Below are positions 26,845 through 40,419 of a stretch of DNA of 64,000 bases, in pieces (position 1 is the stretch's first letter; every line of letters begins with the position of its first letter). Origin of the DNA: Octopus vulgaris (Eukaryota); contig OX597832.1 in NCBI GenBank assembly GCA_951406725.2, positions 58,218,001 to 58,282,000 on the forward strand, written 5' to 3'. The position numbers and the translations under genes were made by a program. The notes beneath the pieces were generated by a model. The model did not search any database. It was not told the DNA's origin and worked only from the letters and a program-made list of their open reading frames with translations.

Positions 26845-27470
26845 GGTACTCCGTCGGTTTCGACGACGATCAACGGAATAGCCTGCTTGTGAAATTAACA
26901 TGCAAGTAGTTGAGCACTCCACAGATACATGTACCTTTAAGGTAGTTCTTAGGGGAGAGTCAGCGTGACACTGAGTTGACAAGTCTGGCCTTTTGAAATA
27001 CAGGTACAAGTTATGTTTGCTAGGTTAGTGGATTGGAACAACGTGAAATAAATTGTCTTGCTCAAGGTCACAAGGCGTTCAAATTACGCCGAGGTCGATT
27101 TTGCCTTTCATCCTTTCGGGGTCGATTAAGTACCGGTTACGCACTGGGGTCGATATAATCGACTTAATCCGTTTGTCTGTCTTTGTTTGTCCTCTCTGTG
27201 TTTAGCCCCTTGTGGGTAGTAAAGAAATAGGTATTTCGGCTGTCTTTACGTTCTGAGTTCAAATTTTGCGGAGGTCGACTTTGCCTTTCATCATTCCAGG
27301 GTCGATAAATCAAGTACCAGTTGTGTACTGAGATCTATCTAATCGACTGGTCGCCTCCCCCCCCAAATTTCGAGCCTTGTGCTCAAGGTCACAAGGCGTC
27401 GCCGGGAATTGAACTCACGACCTAACGATCGTGAGCCGAATACCCTAACCGCTGAGCCACCAACCTTCAC
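26845..27470 (-). mobile_element. SINE type D with tail X, interrupted by a type A insertion
   Basis: Tail X at 26845-27010; core and head at 27020-27078 and 27380-27470. Confidence 0.82.
27079..27379 (+). mobile_element. 5'-truncated SINE type A dimer with a perfect 20-bp TSD
   Basis: TGCTCAAGGTCACAAGGCGT at 27059-27078 and 27380-27399; internal junction AAAGAAATAG|GTATTTC. Confidence 0.92.
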
Positions 27471-27599
27471 TAGTTCCGTACTAATACATACTGCAACTCT
27501 AACGCTAATCCTGAGAACCTTATGTTTACGACACGGTTCCAGCAGGAGTGTCTCTACTCTCGATCGACTGATTGCAGTGTCAAGCGAAGAAATGTTAAC

Positions 27600-27820
27600 G
27601 TCGTCGTTGTCGTGTTAGACGTCGAACTCGACATCGTCGTCGTTGTAGTCTTCGTCGTCGTCCTTCTCCTCCACCACCACCACCCATCACCTCTTTTTGT
27701 TATTGTTCTTGTTCTTCTTCTTCTTGTTGTTGTTGTTCTTCTTCTTTTCTCTCTTGTTGTTGCTCTTCTTCCCCTTCTTCTTCCCCTTCTTCTTCTTCTT
27801 CTTCTTCTTCTTCTTCTTCT

Positions 27821-27854
<34 letters not shown>

Positions 27855-28056
27855 TTCTCTCTTGTTGTTGCTCTTGTTCTTGTTCTTGTTCTTCTTTTTC
27901 TTCTACTGTTATTGGTGCTGATGCTGCTGTTTCTCCTGCTGCTCTCTTCCACCTATTCCTCTCCCTCACCTTTTCTCTCTCCCTGTCTCTCTCCACTTGT
28001 CTCTCCCTCTCTCCCTCTCCTCTCTCCTTCTTCGTCTCTCTCTATCTCTCTCTCTT
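27600..28056. repeat. (GTC)/(CTT)n/(CT)n low-complexity tract
   Basis: Directly visible. Confidence 0.92.
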
Positions 28057-28809
28057 GCTATAAAAATCCGTGGCTTTATTCCGTTTTGTATTGAATTATC
28101 GTTTGACTGATACCGTGGGTTTCAAATCTAAATCTGAAAGAAATTTTGCACAATGAAAGAGCAGAGATTTCTGTTCTTCTCTAAATTCTGTACAAATAAT
28201 TCATTTACTATTTCATTCCTGTATATTGGCTTCCCCGACACTTAATGTGAACTTGTGTGTTGAAACAGATTTAGATGTATCTCGGGAGGGTCATTATGCT
28301 GACAATAAACATGCACTGGTTTTATTACACTTCTTTTATTATTATAAATCAATTCGTTAAACATTTAACAAATGAATTCATCGATTGTTTGATTAATCGT
28401 TCGGTCATTCATTCAACCAGTTAGATTTCTCAAAATCCTTTTGCCACCATCTACTACCTCCTAAGGTCGAAAAAAAAAAACAGAACGTGTCCATGTGTTT
28501 ATTTATTCTTGGCACTATGACCCTCTCGAGGTACAAAAAAAAATTAATTTAGAAATTTTTTTTATTTAACATTTAAAAATTTAGCAGAGATATATGCACC
28601 TATTCACACATTGTGAAATAAGAGAAAAAAGTGTAAATTGAAAATATTTTTAATGTTGTTAACCTCTATCATGATAAATACTTCTCCAAAGAACAGACTA
28701 ATACAAGACGTCACGATATATTTTGTCTCTTTGAGAGGAAAAATAGTGAAAGAGGTTGTTTTTTTTTAAAATTCTGTTCTTTATTTGTTCTAATTCTTTT
28801 TTCTTTTTA

Positions 28810-28997
28810 TCAACAACCTTATCATCATCAACAATAACATCAACAGGGTTACATCTTCAAAAAAAGGTGTATTAATCGACCACCATTACCACCACCACCA
28901 CCACCACCACCGCCACCACCACCACCACCGCCATCACCGCCGCCACCACCACCACCACCACAACCACAACCACCACAACCATCACAACCACCAACAT

Positions 28998-29038
<41 letters not shown>

Positions 29039-29148
29039 ACAACAATAATAACATCAACATCATACAACAACTATACTAATAAAAGTTGATGATGATAATA
29101 GTAGTAGTAGTAGTAGTAGTAGTGGTAGTAGTTGTATTAGTAGTAGTG

Positions 29149-29196
<48 letters not shown>

Positions 29197-29208
29197 ATAA
29201 TAATAATA

Positions 29209-29246
<38 letters not shown>

Positions 29247-29335
29247 CGATAATAACAACAAGAATAACAACATGGCAATAATATTAATAACATAACAACC
29301 AAAACAAAAGTAATAACAACAACAAGGACAATGAC

Positions 29336-29409
<74 letters not shown>

Positions 29410-29594
29410 CGACGATGATGATGATTTTGAGGGAGCAACAATACACATAAGAGAAAACATAAGTTGTTATAATGAATAAATCAATGCAGAGTTGTGATGG
29501 AAATAAAACAAGGAGGCTGCAATTTGTCCCTTGCGAACTCTCTCCAACACTTTATTAACGCCGTCAACATATGTGTGTATATATATATAGACGG

Positions 29595-29669
<75 letters not shown>

Positions 29670-29675
29670 TGTATG

Positions 29676-29733
<58 letters not shown>

Positions 29734-29739
29734 TGCATG

Positions 29740-29772
<33 letters not shown>

Positions 29773-29779
29773 GTATGTA

Positions 29780-29815
<36 letters not shown>

Positions 29816-29841
29816 TGTATGTATGTATGTATGTATGTATG

Positions 29842-29901
<60 letters not shown>

Positions 29902-30061
29902 GTGGTGGAGAAGTAAGGTGTGGAAAACATATCTGATTGTGATTTGGCCTGGAGGTGCAGTGCCTCGGAATTCATTCTTCAGAACCGACCGCGAAGTATA
30001 TTTAGAGAGATAATTATCAAGTGACTGAATACATATGTATATATATATATATATATATTAC

Positions 30062-30101
<40 letters not shown>

Positions 30102-30105
30102 TATA

Positions 30106-30180
<75 letters not shown>

Positions 30181-30288
30181 TGTATGTATGTATGTATGTA
30201 TGTATGTATATCATCATTGATTACACCACTATGTGGTGGCTTGCGAGAGAAAGCAGACAGAGAGACAGAGAGACAGAATGAGTGAGAA

Positions 30289-30330
<42 letters not shown>
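28810..30330. repeat. Compound microsatellites (CAC)/(ACT)/(AGT)/(AAT)/(GAT)/(TA)/(TATG)/(GA)
   Basis: Directly visible. Confidence 0.93.
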
Positions 30331-30338
<8 letters not shown>

Positions 30339-30827
30339 TGGGGGGAGTAAGAAGGTGGCGGTTGAGTTAAGGTCGATTATTGGCCAGGAATAACTTCCAA
30401 AGAAATTAACCAGAAATCGCAGAGGCGTCACTACTCATTCTGTTCAGTTTGAGCAAATCGGTTTCTCTAACAGCGTATGTTGTAGTTGTAGTGGTTATTA
30501 CAGTATTGGTGATGGTGGTAGTGGTGGCGATGGTGGTGGCGGTAGTAGTAGTAAGTCCCGGTGTTGTTGTTGTCGCTGGTGGTATATGTGGTTGTATTAG
30601 TGGTAGCTGCGTTGTTCTTTGTGGTAGTGGCGTTTTTGCGGTTGGCGTAGCGGCTTTGTTTTCGGTGTGATAATGGAAGTGATTATGAGAAAAGTGTTGT
30701 TGTTGTTGTTGTTTGTGGTGGTGGTGGTAGCAAAGGTAGTCTCGTTGTTGTCTGTCTGGGTAGTGGTAACCGTAGTGGTGTTGTTGTTATCGTATGTTTT
30801 GTTGTATTATTGTCATTATTTGTGGAA

Positions 30828-31330
30828 GTGAATGCGCGCGGTTCGGTGTTAGAGTATTCAGTCCACAATCATAAGGTCGTGAGATCGATTCCAGGCAGCG
30901 CGTTGTGTGCTTGAGCAAGACACTTTATTTCACGTTGCTCCAGTCAACTCAGATGGAAAAAACGAGTCGTACCTATATTTCAAAGGGCCAGCCTTGTTCC
31001 AATCTAGCTGAGAACTACGATAAGGGTACTTGTGTCTGTGGAGTTCTCACCCACTGGCGCGTTAATTTCACGAGCGGGCTGTTCTCTTCATCGGGTCAAC
31101 TAGAACACTCGTCGTCGAAACGGGTGGAGTGCTAGTATGGTTAACGTAGCATGTTTAAGAAAAGCGTAAACCTTGTTCCATTCTGTGTCACGCTGAATCT
31201 TCTCGAGAACTAGGTTAAGGGTTCGGATGTCTGTGGAGTGCTCAGCCACTTGCACGTTAATTTCACGAGCAGGCTGTTCTCTTCATCGGATCAACTAGAA
31301 TATTCATCGTCGTAATCGACGGAGTACCGA
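30828..31330 (+). mobile_element. SINE type D with tail X, plus a second tandem copy of tail X
   Basis: TTGAGCAAGACACTTTATTTCACGTTGCTCCAGTC core; CGTTAATTTCACGAGC..GACGGAGT tail occurs twice (30990-31133, 31170-31327). Confidence 0.82.
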
Positions 31331-32127
31331 TTTCGTTTTTATTGTTCTTATTGGTGTTTTAGTGTCGGTGGTGATGGTGGCGGTAAAATTTGCATTAGTG
31401 ACAGCAATGGTGGTTGTGATGTTATTGTTGGCCATAGTAGTGAGAAGAATGTTCATTGGTAGCAATGGCGGCGATGGTGACGCTAGTGGTGATGTTTGTA
31501 GGCGCCATATTGGAATGTTGATAAAGTTTCACATTCCTGTCTTAATATATACCAATGTTTTTTGTTTATTTTCATTGATTTTTTTTGTGGTTTTTGTTAA
31601 AAAGTTACAAACAACCAACAAAATGAAAAAAAAATCAGAGAGAAACAAAAAGAAATTTCCCCCGAAAACAAAAGGAAACGAAACGAATAAACAAACCGAA
31701 CAGTATTTTCGGATATCAGCTCTGTGATTTTCATTTAAGGCACACGTTTGGTAGCTGAAACACAACGTATATCATAATGATCTGTTTAAAGCTAGAGGCT
31801 ATTGCTGCGGACGAGTATTCAACCCGTATTATCTCTCTCTCTCTCTCTCTCTCGCCTTCTCTCTCTCTCTCGTTCCTTGTTCTTCTCAAATTCTCTCTCT
31901 CCCTCCTTTCAATCTTTACTTGCTCTACTCTCAATCTCTCTATCTCCCTCGCTCTCTCTTTCTCCCCCCCCCCGTCCATTCCTCTCTTTAATTGTTCTTC
32001 TCTAAATCTCTCTCCCTATTTCTCCCTCTCTCTCTCCCCCTTTCTGTCATATCTCGATCTTACCATGCCCTCGTCACCACTCGCAATTCTCTTAATTTTT
32101 TCTCTCTCTGAGATCACTCCCTCTCTT

Positions 32128-32196
<69 letters not shown>

Positions 32197-32907
32197 GCAT
32201 TCACACACACACACACACGCACACAAGCTCACACACATACACACACACACAAACACACATATATATATACATATACCATCATCATATTCTCCTATTCATT
32301 ACTTAGTCGTCGTCGTAACTAATATTTTCGCTTTCCCTTAATGATGAAAATAATTGATAAGCGAATGAAGCAACGCACGAGGAACTATTGGGAATGACCT
32401 CCTCTAACATCGTTAACCATCGTCTGCCATCGTCCGCCATCGTCTGCTGCCGTTGTCTGCTGTCGTCTGCACTCTATCCATTCACATTACCGTAAATAGC
32501 AAAATGACAAATGTCTATCTACTAAGTAGATGTGTTGATCCGTTACTTTTCATAAATTGATTTTTCTTGAAAGGGATAGAATATGTTCGAAGGAGAAATG
32601 TGGATTATGAATAACAATTAATAATTATTACATTTCGCCTACAGAAAATAATCATAAATTTGAACGTAAGAGGGAAACTACAGAAGTAAAAGCATTCGTA
32701 TGCACGCGCAAATACGTATATCATACACACACACACACATATATACATGCATACATATTATGTATGTATAGTTATATAGATAGATATACATGCACATACA
32801 AATATAGACATATTTGTACACAGACACACACAAACATACAGCGGCCTTATATATATATATAAATATATATATAAATAAATGGAGTCTAACAAGGCAAAAA
32901 TACACTC

Positions 32908-32961
<54 letters not shown>

Positions 32962-32964
32962 CAG

Positions 32965-33216
32965 GTGTATGGTAGATGAGTTCAGCAAAAATTTAGATTC
33001 GGATGAATATGTTACTTAAGTTGAGGCACCAGAATTCAGTACGGTATTATCCATACAATTTCAAAGTAAGGTGATTAAAATCAAAATAAGCAACAAGGAC
33101 ATCCAGAGGTAATGCAGTACGATCGTTTCATGCAACTCCATTTAATTTAACAATGCAATCATTTCATTAATTTAAACGCAGAGTAAATCTTCAGCGGTAC
33201 AAAGACATAGAATTTA
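32965..33216 (-). mobile_element. Probable PLE terminal fragment with a hammerhead-like motif
   Basis: Reverse strand CTGAAGA..GAAACGATCGTA; partial paralogue at 45705-45786 (+); flanked by (TA)n. Confidence 0.55.
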
Positions 33217-33264
33217 ATTAAATATATATATATACGCACACGCACACACGCTCACACACACACG

Positions 33265-33318
<54 letters not shown>

Positions 33319-33371
33319 AACACACACACACAGACACACACACACATACACACACACACATATATATATTA

Positions 33372-33790
33372 AAAAATTTACATTAAGTACAACGAGTGAA
33401 AAATACGTAAACACACGAGAGATAAAGTACACGACAAAATACCAAAAGAAGTTAACGCGTTCGTCAGTTGTCGATTGTTTATTACAAACCATCTCGTGCT
33501 TTTGACGACAAGATAGGAATGCTTCACAAGACAGCAGCATCCAGAAATTTTTAAAATATAAAATTTGTGGAGATTTAAGGCTTCAAACGAACAAACAACA
33601 AGAGTGGACGTACAAAGTAAGCAATCGACGAAGACAAACATTAAGGACCGTTAGGCCAATATCAACTGTAATGGGTGATCCCTGGGAGAAATTTTGAAAG
33701 GATGTAGAGTAAATCCAAAAGAAGAAAATAGTAGAGGAGGAAAAAATGTCCTGAGGCGAGAGAAGATAGAAATGACGTCCAGCTAGTTGA
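33372..33790. mobile_element. Unclassified dispersed repeat; paralogues at 34530-34850 and probably 63790-64000
   Basis: Shared collinear motifs TTAAGTACA..AGTTGTCGA..TCGTGCTTTT..GCATC(C/T)AGAAATTTT..AGAGTGGACGTACAAA. Confidence 0.7.
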
Positions 33791-34068
33791 ACGTCACATC
33801 CAAAAATGACAAAAGCAAGAAAAAAGGCCAATAATCACGTGTGATAAACAGGCAGAGTGGAAGGGGGACAAGAGAGAGGAAGAGGGAGTGAAAGGGGAAG
33901 GAGAGAGAGGATGAGGGAAAGAATGAAACAGAGTGCGGAGAAGGGAAAAGGAACGAAAAATAGTAGGGAGTGAAAGAAAGACAAAGAGGGAGGGGAATAA
34001 AAGGAAAATGTAGAGGATGATAGAGGGATAGAGAGAAAGAAAGAAAACAGAGTGTGGAGTCGCAGAAA

Positions 34069-34467
34069 TCTTTATATATAAAAGTCAAGTTGTGTGTCTG
34101 TCTCCTACGATTTAGATTCCTAACTACTCCCACATTTTGCGGTGCAGTTTAACCAAAACCGGGTATCTTATAGTCGTGATTCATATCGAGCCCTTCTGGG
34201 TATTAGCGCGCGTCTACGATGAGTCTACGATTTAAAAAAAAATTTACCATCATTTTTTTCCATTTTAATGCATTTTTTTCGCTATTATATAAGGGAAGTA
34301 ACTCTCTAAAAATGTCTACGATGAGTCAACGATTAAAAAAAAAATTTACCATCATTTTATTCCCATTTTTAATGCATTTTTTTGCTATTTTTTGGCTATA
34401 ACTCTCTAAAAATGCTTATATAGTTATTTCCCTTACAAACCCGAGCAACTCCGGGTGATACTGCTAG
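34069..34467 (+). mobile_element. Complete non-autonomous Helitron (399 bp)
   Basis: A|TC 5' end, subterminal hairpin ACCCG..CGGGT (34439-34456), CTAG|T 3' end, no TSD, internal ~100-bp tandem duplication. Confidence 0.9.
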
Positions 34468-34902
34468 TTGAATATAAATGCAAGAACTTCCTGTTGACAA
34501 AGCTGTGTGGCGTTCAGTTCTAAATAAAAAAAAATACACGTTAAGTACAGGACGTCACACACGAGTGAAATATACATAAACACATAAGAGACAAATACGG
34601 GACACAATACCAAATACAGATAACTCGCTCAGAGTTGTCGAATGTTCATTACTACCCATTTCGTGCTTTTAACGATAAGACAGGGATACTTCTAAAGACA
34701 GAGGCATCTAGAAATTTTAAGAATATTAAATTTGCGGAGAGTTAGGGCTTCGAATGAATAAAAAAAACAACAGAGTGGACGTACAAATAGCAAAGAAAAT
34801 AGTAGAAGTGAGAACAAATGTCGTGAGGCGAGAGTAGAAGGAAATAACATATATATATATATATATGTATGTATTTATGTATGTATGTATGTATGTACAT
34901 AC

Positions 34903-35074
34903 CTCATCAAGGTTGCTTGATGAGGAGTGTGGTTGGGGGTAACCTGCAGAAGGAAAAACAAGACATGCCAAAGGGTGGAGGGATACAGGTGAGTAAACGG
35001 CCATAGAATATAGTCCAAGATAGGTGGCGTTCACTAGTCGTAAGGAAATCAATCCATTCCGAAGATGGCCATTC
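34903..35074 (-). CDS. Candidate 172-nt exon of an unidentified minus-strand gene
   Basis: Acceptor TCTTTTATTTCAG|, donor GAG|GTATGT, one open frame (NGHLRNG..MAVYSPVSLHPLACLVFPSAGYPQPHSSSSNLDE); alternative internal acceptor TTTTTCCTTCTGCAG| gives a 41-nt exon. Confidence 0.4.
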
Positions 35075-35194
35075 CTGAAATAAAAGACTATAAGCGGTGA
35101 CTTTCACCCGACTGATACTATTTTGCGCAGAAAATAATTATGCCATGATGTTTTAGCTTCGTTTAAGGTCGGTTGATTACTGATTATGTGTGTG

Positions 35195-35235
<41 letters not shown>

Positions 35236-35257
35236 GTATACAAACGCTCACACACAC

Positions 35258-35295
<38 letters not shown>

Positions 35296-35325
35296 GCAAG
35301 CACCTAAGTACTTTTGCCATATAAC

Positions 35326-35512
35326 GCGGCGAGCTGGCGGAAACGTTAGCACGCCAGGCGAAATGCTTAGCGGTATTTCGTCTGCCGCTACGTTCTGAGT
35401 TCAAATTCCGCCGAGGTCGACTTTGCCTTTCATCCTTTTGGACTGGGATCAATGAAATCAGCTTACCCCCTCCTCTCAACTTGCTGGCCCGATGCCAAAA
35501 TTAAAAACCAAT
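35326..35512 (+). mobile_element. SINE type A
   Basis: Near-consensus head and body. Confidence 0.9.
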
Positions 35513-35935
35513 ATTTCTTAAACTCGTGTTAGACGAGGCCAATTGCGGTGTGTGTAGGTGTGGGTGTTTGCATGGTGTGTAATTCATTGGCCAGAGATTT
35601 TTTTGAAGTCATTCTTTACAAATATTTACACATATATACGCGCATCCATACATAAACTACACACTCAGCACACACACACACACACACACATACACACACG
35701 GCTATAAGCCTAGTCTAATACGAGTTGAAGTAATATCTGGAAAAAATTACTTGATTTGTTGTGTAGCGCGAAGAATTATGAATGACTAATAATAGCATAC
35801 ATTCATGCTTGCATCCATAACAGGAACAAGCAACAACGTACTATATGGAAGGCTGGATAATTGTTGAGAGATTTCTCTCGACATGAAATCAATTGTAGCC
35901 CTCTTAACCCACGAATAAATTATATATACATACAT

Positions 35936-36167
35936 AAGGCGGCGAGCTGGCAGAAACGTTAGCACGCCGGACGAAATGCTTAGGGGTATTTCGTCTGCCG
36001 TTACGTTCCGAGTTCGAATTCCGCCGAGGTCGACTTTGCCTTTCATCCTTCCGGGGTCGTTTAATTAAGTACCAATTACGCACTGGGGTCGATGTAATCG
36101 ACTTAATCCGTTTGTCTGTCCTTGTTTGTCCTTTCTATGTTTAGCCCCTTGAGGGTAGTAAAGAAAT
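35936..36167 (+). mobile_element. SINE type A, full monomer
   Basis: AAGGCGGCGAGCTGG through GTAAAGAAATA. Confidence 0.92.
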
Positions 36168-36383
36168 ATATATATACATACATATGTACCCCCACACACA
36201 CACATACTTACACACACACACGTTCTTTCCCTTCTGTCCGGACTTTTACCTTTTTTCTTTTCTTGACGAAGTGCCATTCTCGAAACGTCATCCTCCGCTT
36301 TTTCTCGTCTTAAACCTTTTCAACCGTCAATCTAATCATCTGCACAGTGAACATCCTTTTGTCTTTTGTTGTTTTCCCTACAC

Positions 36384-36419
<36 letters not shown>

Positions 36420-36428
36420 ACATACACG

Positions 36429-36673
36429 TAGGGTGTTCAAAATGTCTCTCCGCAGTAAGTACTTTATTGCAAAATAAATATTTATATGATGGTTTAAGAC
36501 TACGAAAGAATATATTAGACTTTACGAGACTTTAAAAAACTTGATAAGAGGTGTTGAAAGTGTCGCTTTACATTTTCAATGCATAAGTTGACTCTTCTAC
36601 ACATGTTTTGAAATACATCTTGGAGAGTCAGGATGAAAACAATTCACTGCGCAGAGACTTTCTGAGCACCCTG
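36429..36673 (-). mobile_element. Tc1/mariner-superfamily MITE (~245 bp)
   Basis: TIRs AGGGTGTTCAAAATGTCTCTCCGCAGT / ACTGCGCAGAGACTTTCTGAGCACCCTG; minus strand retains FQNMCRRVNLCIEN..RHFQHLL, a transposase C-terminus. Confidence 0.82.
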
Positions 36674-36678
36674 TGTGT

Positions 36679-36762
<84 letters not shown>

Positions 36763-36789
36763 ACACACACACACAGACATATATATATA

Positions 36790-37137
<348 letters not shown>

Positions 37138-37514
37138 ATGTATTTACATGTATATGTATGTATACATACATAAACACACACACACGAATACATGCTAGCA
37201 TATATAATTAAATCTTATACAACGCAATATCGTATCCATATAAGAATACTGTTAATGTCACGATACTGATCGATATATCTTGAGATACGACTAATTAAAA
37301 CATGCGTATATTTTTTGAAATACCTACATGTATCGGAAATAGAATAATCAATATACACAGATATTGAAATAACGGATATTTATTTTAAAATATTTACATA
37401 TAGATTATGTCATTTGCAACACGTATAATTAAATATATTTTTTCTTCCCAAATTAGTTTTTACATATTGTGCTGCAATAATAATGTGTCACCAATAATGC
37501 TTACTAATGGTGTA

Positions 37515-37670
37515 GTGGAGACTTTGTGGTTAAGGAACTTGTTTTCAAACCATGTGGTGTTCGGTTCAATCCCACTAGGTGGCAGCTTCGGTGTGTGTCT
37601 TCTACTATGGCCCCAGACCGACCAATGCCTTGTGACTAGATTTGGTAGACGGAAGCTGAAAGAAACACGT
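37515..37670 (+). mobile_element. 5' half of a degenerate SINE type B
   Basis: GTGGTTAAGGAACTT..GGTTCAATCCCAC..GATTTGGTAGACGGAAGCTGAAAGAA. Confidence 0.8.
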
Positions 37671-37672
37671 TA

Positions 37673-37703
<31 letters not shown>

Positions 37704-37704
37704 A

Positions 37705-37751
<47 letters not shown>

Positions 37752-37816
37752 ATGTCTGTGTCTGTCTGGCTGTCTGTCTCTGTCCACCTGTAAGCTTGTC
37801 TGTCTATTTGTTTATG

Positions 37817-37885
<69 letters not shown>

Positions 37886-38105
37886 GTCTGTCTGTCTGTC
37901 TCTGTCCACCTGTCTGCTGTCTGACTGCCTGCTTGTCTATACATCTCTTTATGTATCTCTCTCTCTCTTTATCTATCTGTCTGTCTGTCTGTCTATCAAC
38001 AGACATGAAACATATACTTCTAACATCAGCTACCTATCGGATATCATTGTTGTTTCGACACCTGGGCATACCATTGAATCTGACAGTGTTTACAGTCTCA
38101 AAATA

Positions 38106-38881
38106 CGAAGTGCATTAAAAGAGTATCCTACGTTTAGACATAAAAAAGCAACTTTGTACCTTTCACAAATTTATTCAATCCCTTTCAAAATATTCCCCTT
38201 GGGATGTTACGCATTTCTCCCTGTAGTGCTGCCACTGCTGGTAAAACCTCTGTAACGCCTCTTGTGGAATGTGATGGAGCTCCTCCGTGGCTTTTATTAT
38301 AATTTCCTCTCGCGACTCAAATCACCTCCCTTTCAGCGTTGTCTTCAGTTTGGGGTAGAGCCAGAAGTCATACAGTGCCAAGTTCCTTTATCATTTTGCC
38401 GACAATCTTCGCATGCACAAATCCTCCATTGAAATAGTGAGCACTGGTCCTGTGCTTATTACCACTTCGTGAGTAATTTCCTGGGTTGCTACACGGCAGT
38501 CTTCCATGGCTATTCGCCGTTCCTTCTTAATCGGCTCCAACTTTCGGCCTGTATATGGTCTGCCTGAGTATGCCTCACTTTCCACTGAGGCGCAGGCATG
38601 TTTGAAGCGGTCGTACCTCCCCTTGATCTCAGTTATAGCCATGACATCGTCAGCAAAGGCCTTCTGAAACTTGAGCATAGGTATCACCACACTTTTAGTA
38701 GAATTCGATGTAATACCTCTGCTCTAGGTGAAACAGTGGAAAAAACTGACACGGCCTATTGCCGCGAAAATGTTCATGCATGCACTGGAAGGGTGGCGTC
38801 ACATCCTGCTCAAAAGATTTTGCCCGCGTAGCTCAGGTTTTGGCAGAAAAATAAAGTTGGATACCTTTTGTACGCACCTCA
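38106..38881 (-). mobile_element. Internally deleted mariner transposon (776 bp)
   Basis: TA-flanked TIRs CGAAGTGCATTAAAAGAGTATCC / GGATACCTTTTGTACGCACCTCA; HTH region (QKAFADD..RFK..SGRP..EDLCMRRLSAK) fused to LALYDFWLYPKLK..GEYFE; catalytic core deleted. Confidence 0.9.
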
Positions 38882-39472
38882 TATAATCACCGACAGAGAA
38901 TTATCAAACAAGAAGCAGGAGCCGAGCATTAGCGTAATATGTCCATTACGTCTACACCTGCTTATTATTACTTATTATTACAAATATAAACATCAAATCT
39001 CAAACATAAATCGTTTCAAACCAGAAAGGCCACTGACCTCACGAGTTATTTCCCTTTCTTTATTTTATTGTTTTCTTTTAATTATACAAACATATTTGCG
39101 TGTCTCAGCTCGTATGAGTACAATTAATGCTGCATTATCGAACGACGTGTCTGTTTGTTTTAACTAGATTCCATTCCGATATTCCAATAATTGGTTGTTA
39201 TTAGATCCAATTTAATATCGCCGAAGGTATTCCTGGCACACATTTCTTGAGCATCAACAATAAAATCATACATACATACATACATACATACATACATACA
39301 TACATACATACATACATAATGCATACATATATATATACATATATATATATATATGTGTATATATATATATGTACAACATACATAAAACACACACACGCAC
39401 AATCAAAGGCACACAGACACAGACACACAGAGACATACAGACACGCACACCCACAGACACACAGACACACAG

Positions 39473-39503
<31 letters not shown>

Positions 39504-39889
39504 CATATATATATATATAATTATAGAGGCGTATATTTGTGATATATGTATATGCATATCAGTATGAGGAACATAGTACGTGCGTGTGTAGTATTTAGTT
39601 TGATATGCTAGCTGAAACAGTATTTCAAAACTATAATAGACATTTGGTATCAGTTTACGTATATTTGTGCGTGTATGTATGTATGTGTGTATGTGTGTGT
39701 TTGTGTAATATTTATAAATATGTATCAATCATTACAGGTATGTCTGTCTATTAATACTTATAACAATTTATGTGTTTATATACATCTATACCTATATAGA
39801 GGGTGTCCATAAAGTCATGGTGTAATTTGAAATATTTGTATCTTCGTAACTGTAAATGATAGAACTAATCTATAAAAAGAATAACGGTG

Positions 39890-40197
39890 GTGGCGCAATG
39901 GCACAGTGGTTAGGGCAGCGGACTCACGGTCGGAGGATCGTGGTTTCGATTCCCAGACCGGGCATTGTGTGTGTGTGTTTATTGAGCGAAAACACCTAAA
40001 GCTCCACGAGGCTCCAACAGGGGGTGGTGGTGACCCCTGTTGTACTCTTTCGCCCCAATTTTTACTCACTCTCTCTTCCTGTTTCTTGAGTAGCGCTGCG
40101 ATGAACTGGCGCCCCGTCCAGCTGGGGGAAACACACACGCCACAGAAAGCGAGAAACTGAGCCCATGAGCCTGGCTAGGCTTGAAAAGGATGCATAA
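39890..40197 (+). mobile_element. SINE type C with tail Y
   Basis: GGTGGCGCAATGGCACAGTGGTTAGGGCAGCGGACT head; CTGCGATGAACTGGCGCCCCGTCCAG tail. Confidence 0.88.
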
Positions 40198-40419
40198 AAA
40201 GTATAAAAAGAAGGATAACAAAACAAAGAAGAATGAGCTTGGTTTCTTATTCATTATGTTAATTTTCAACATGTCTGCCATCCTTACTAATACAAAGAGA
40301 AATACGATTCTGTAGTTCTCAGAAAACATTTTCTATCTGATATTCCGCAATACCTTCAGTCATAACAGTTATCCATATATATAAGCATTAGAATATATGG
40401 TTATATGCATTTATATGGT

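Noticed and set aside
29905-30025. Exon-like island ([31 protein letters not shown])
   Set aside because: No convincing donor site; open on both strands; cannot be supported.
39798-39840. Tc1-like TIR (AGGGTGTCCATAAAGTC) and a hAT-like end at 20260
   Set aside because: No partner TIR found, so no element could be delimited.
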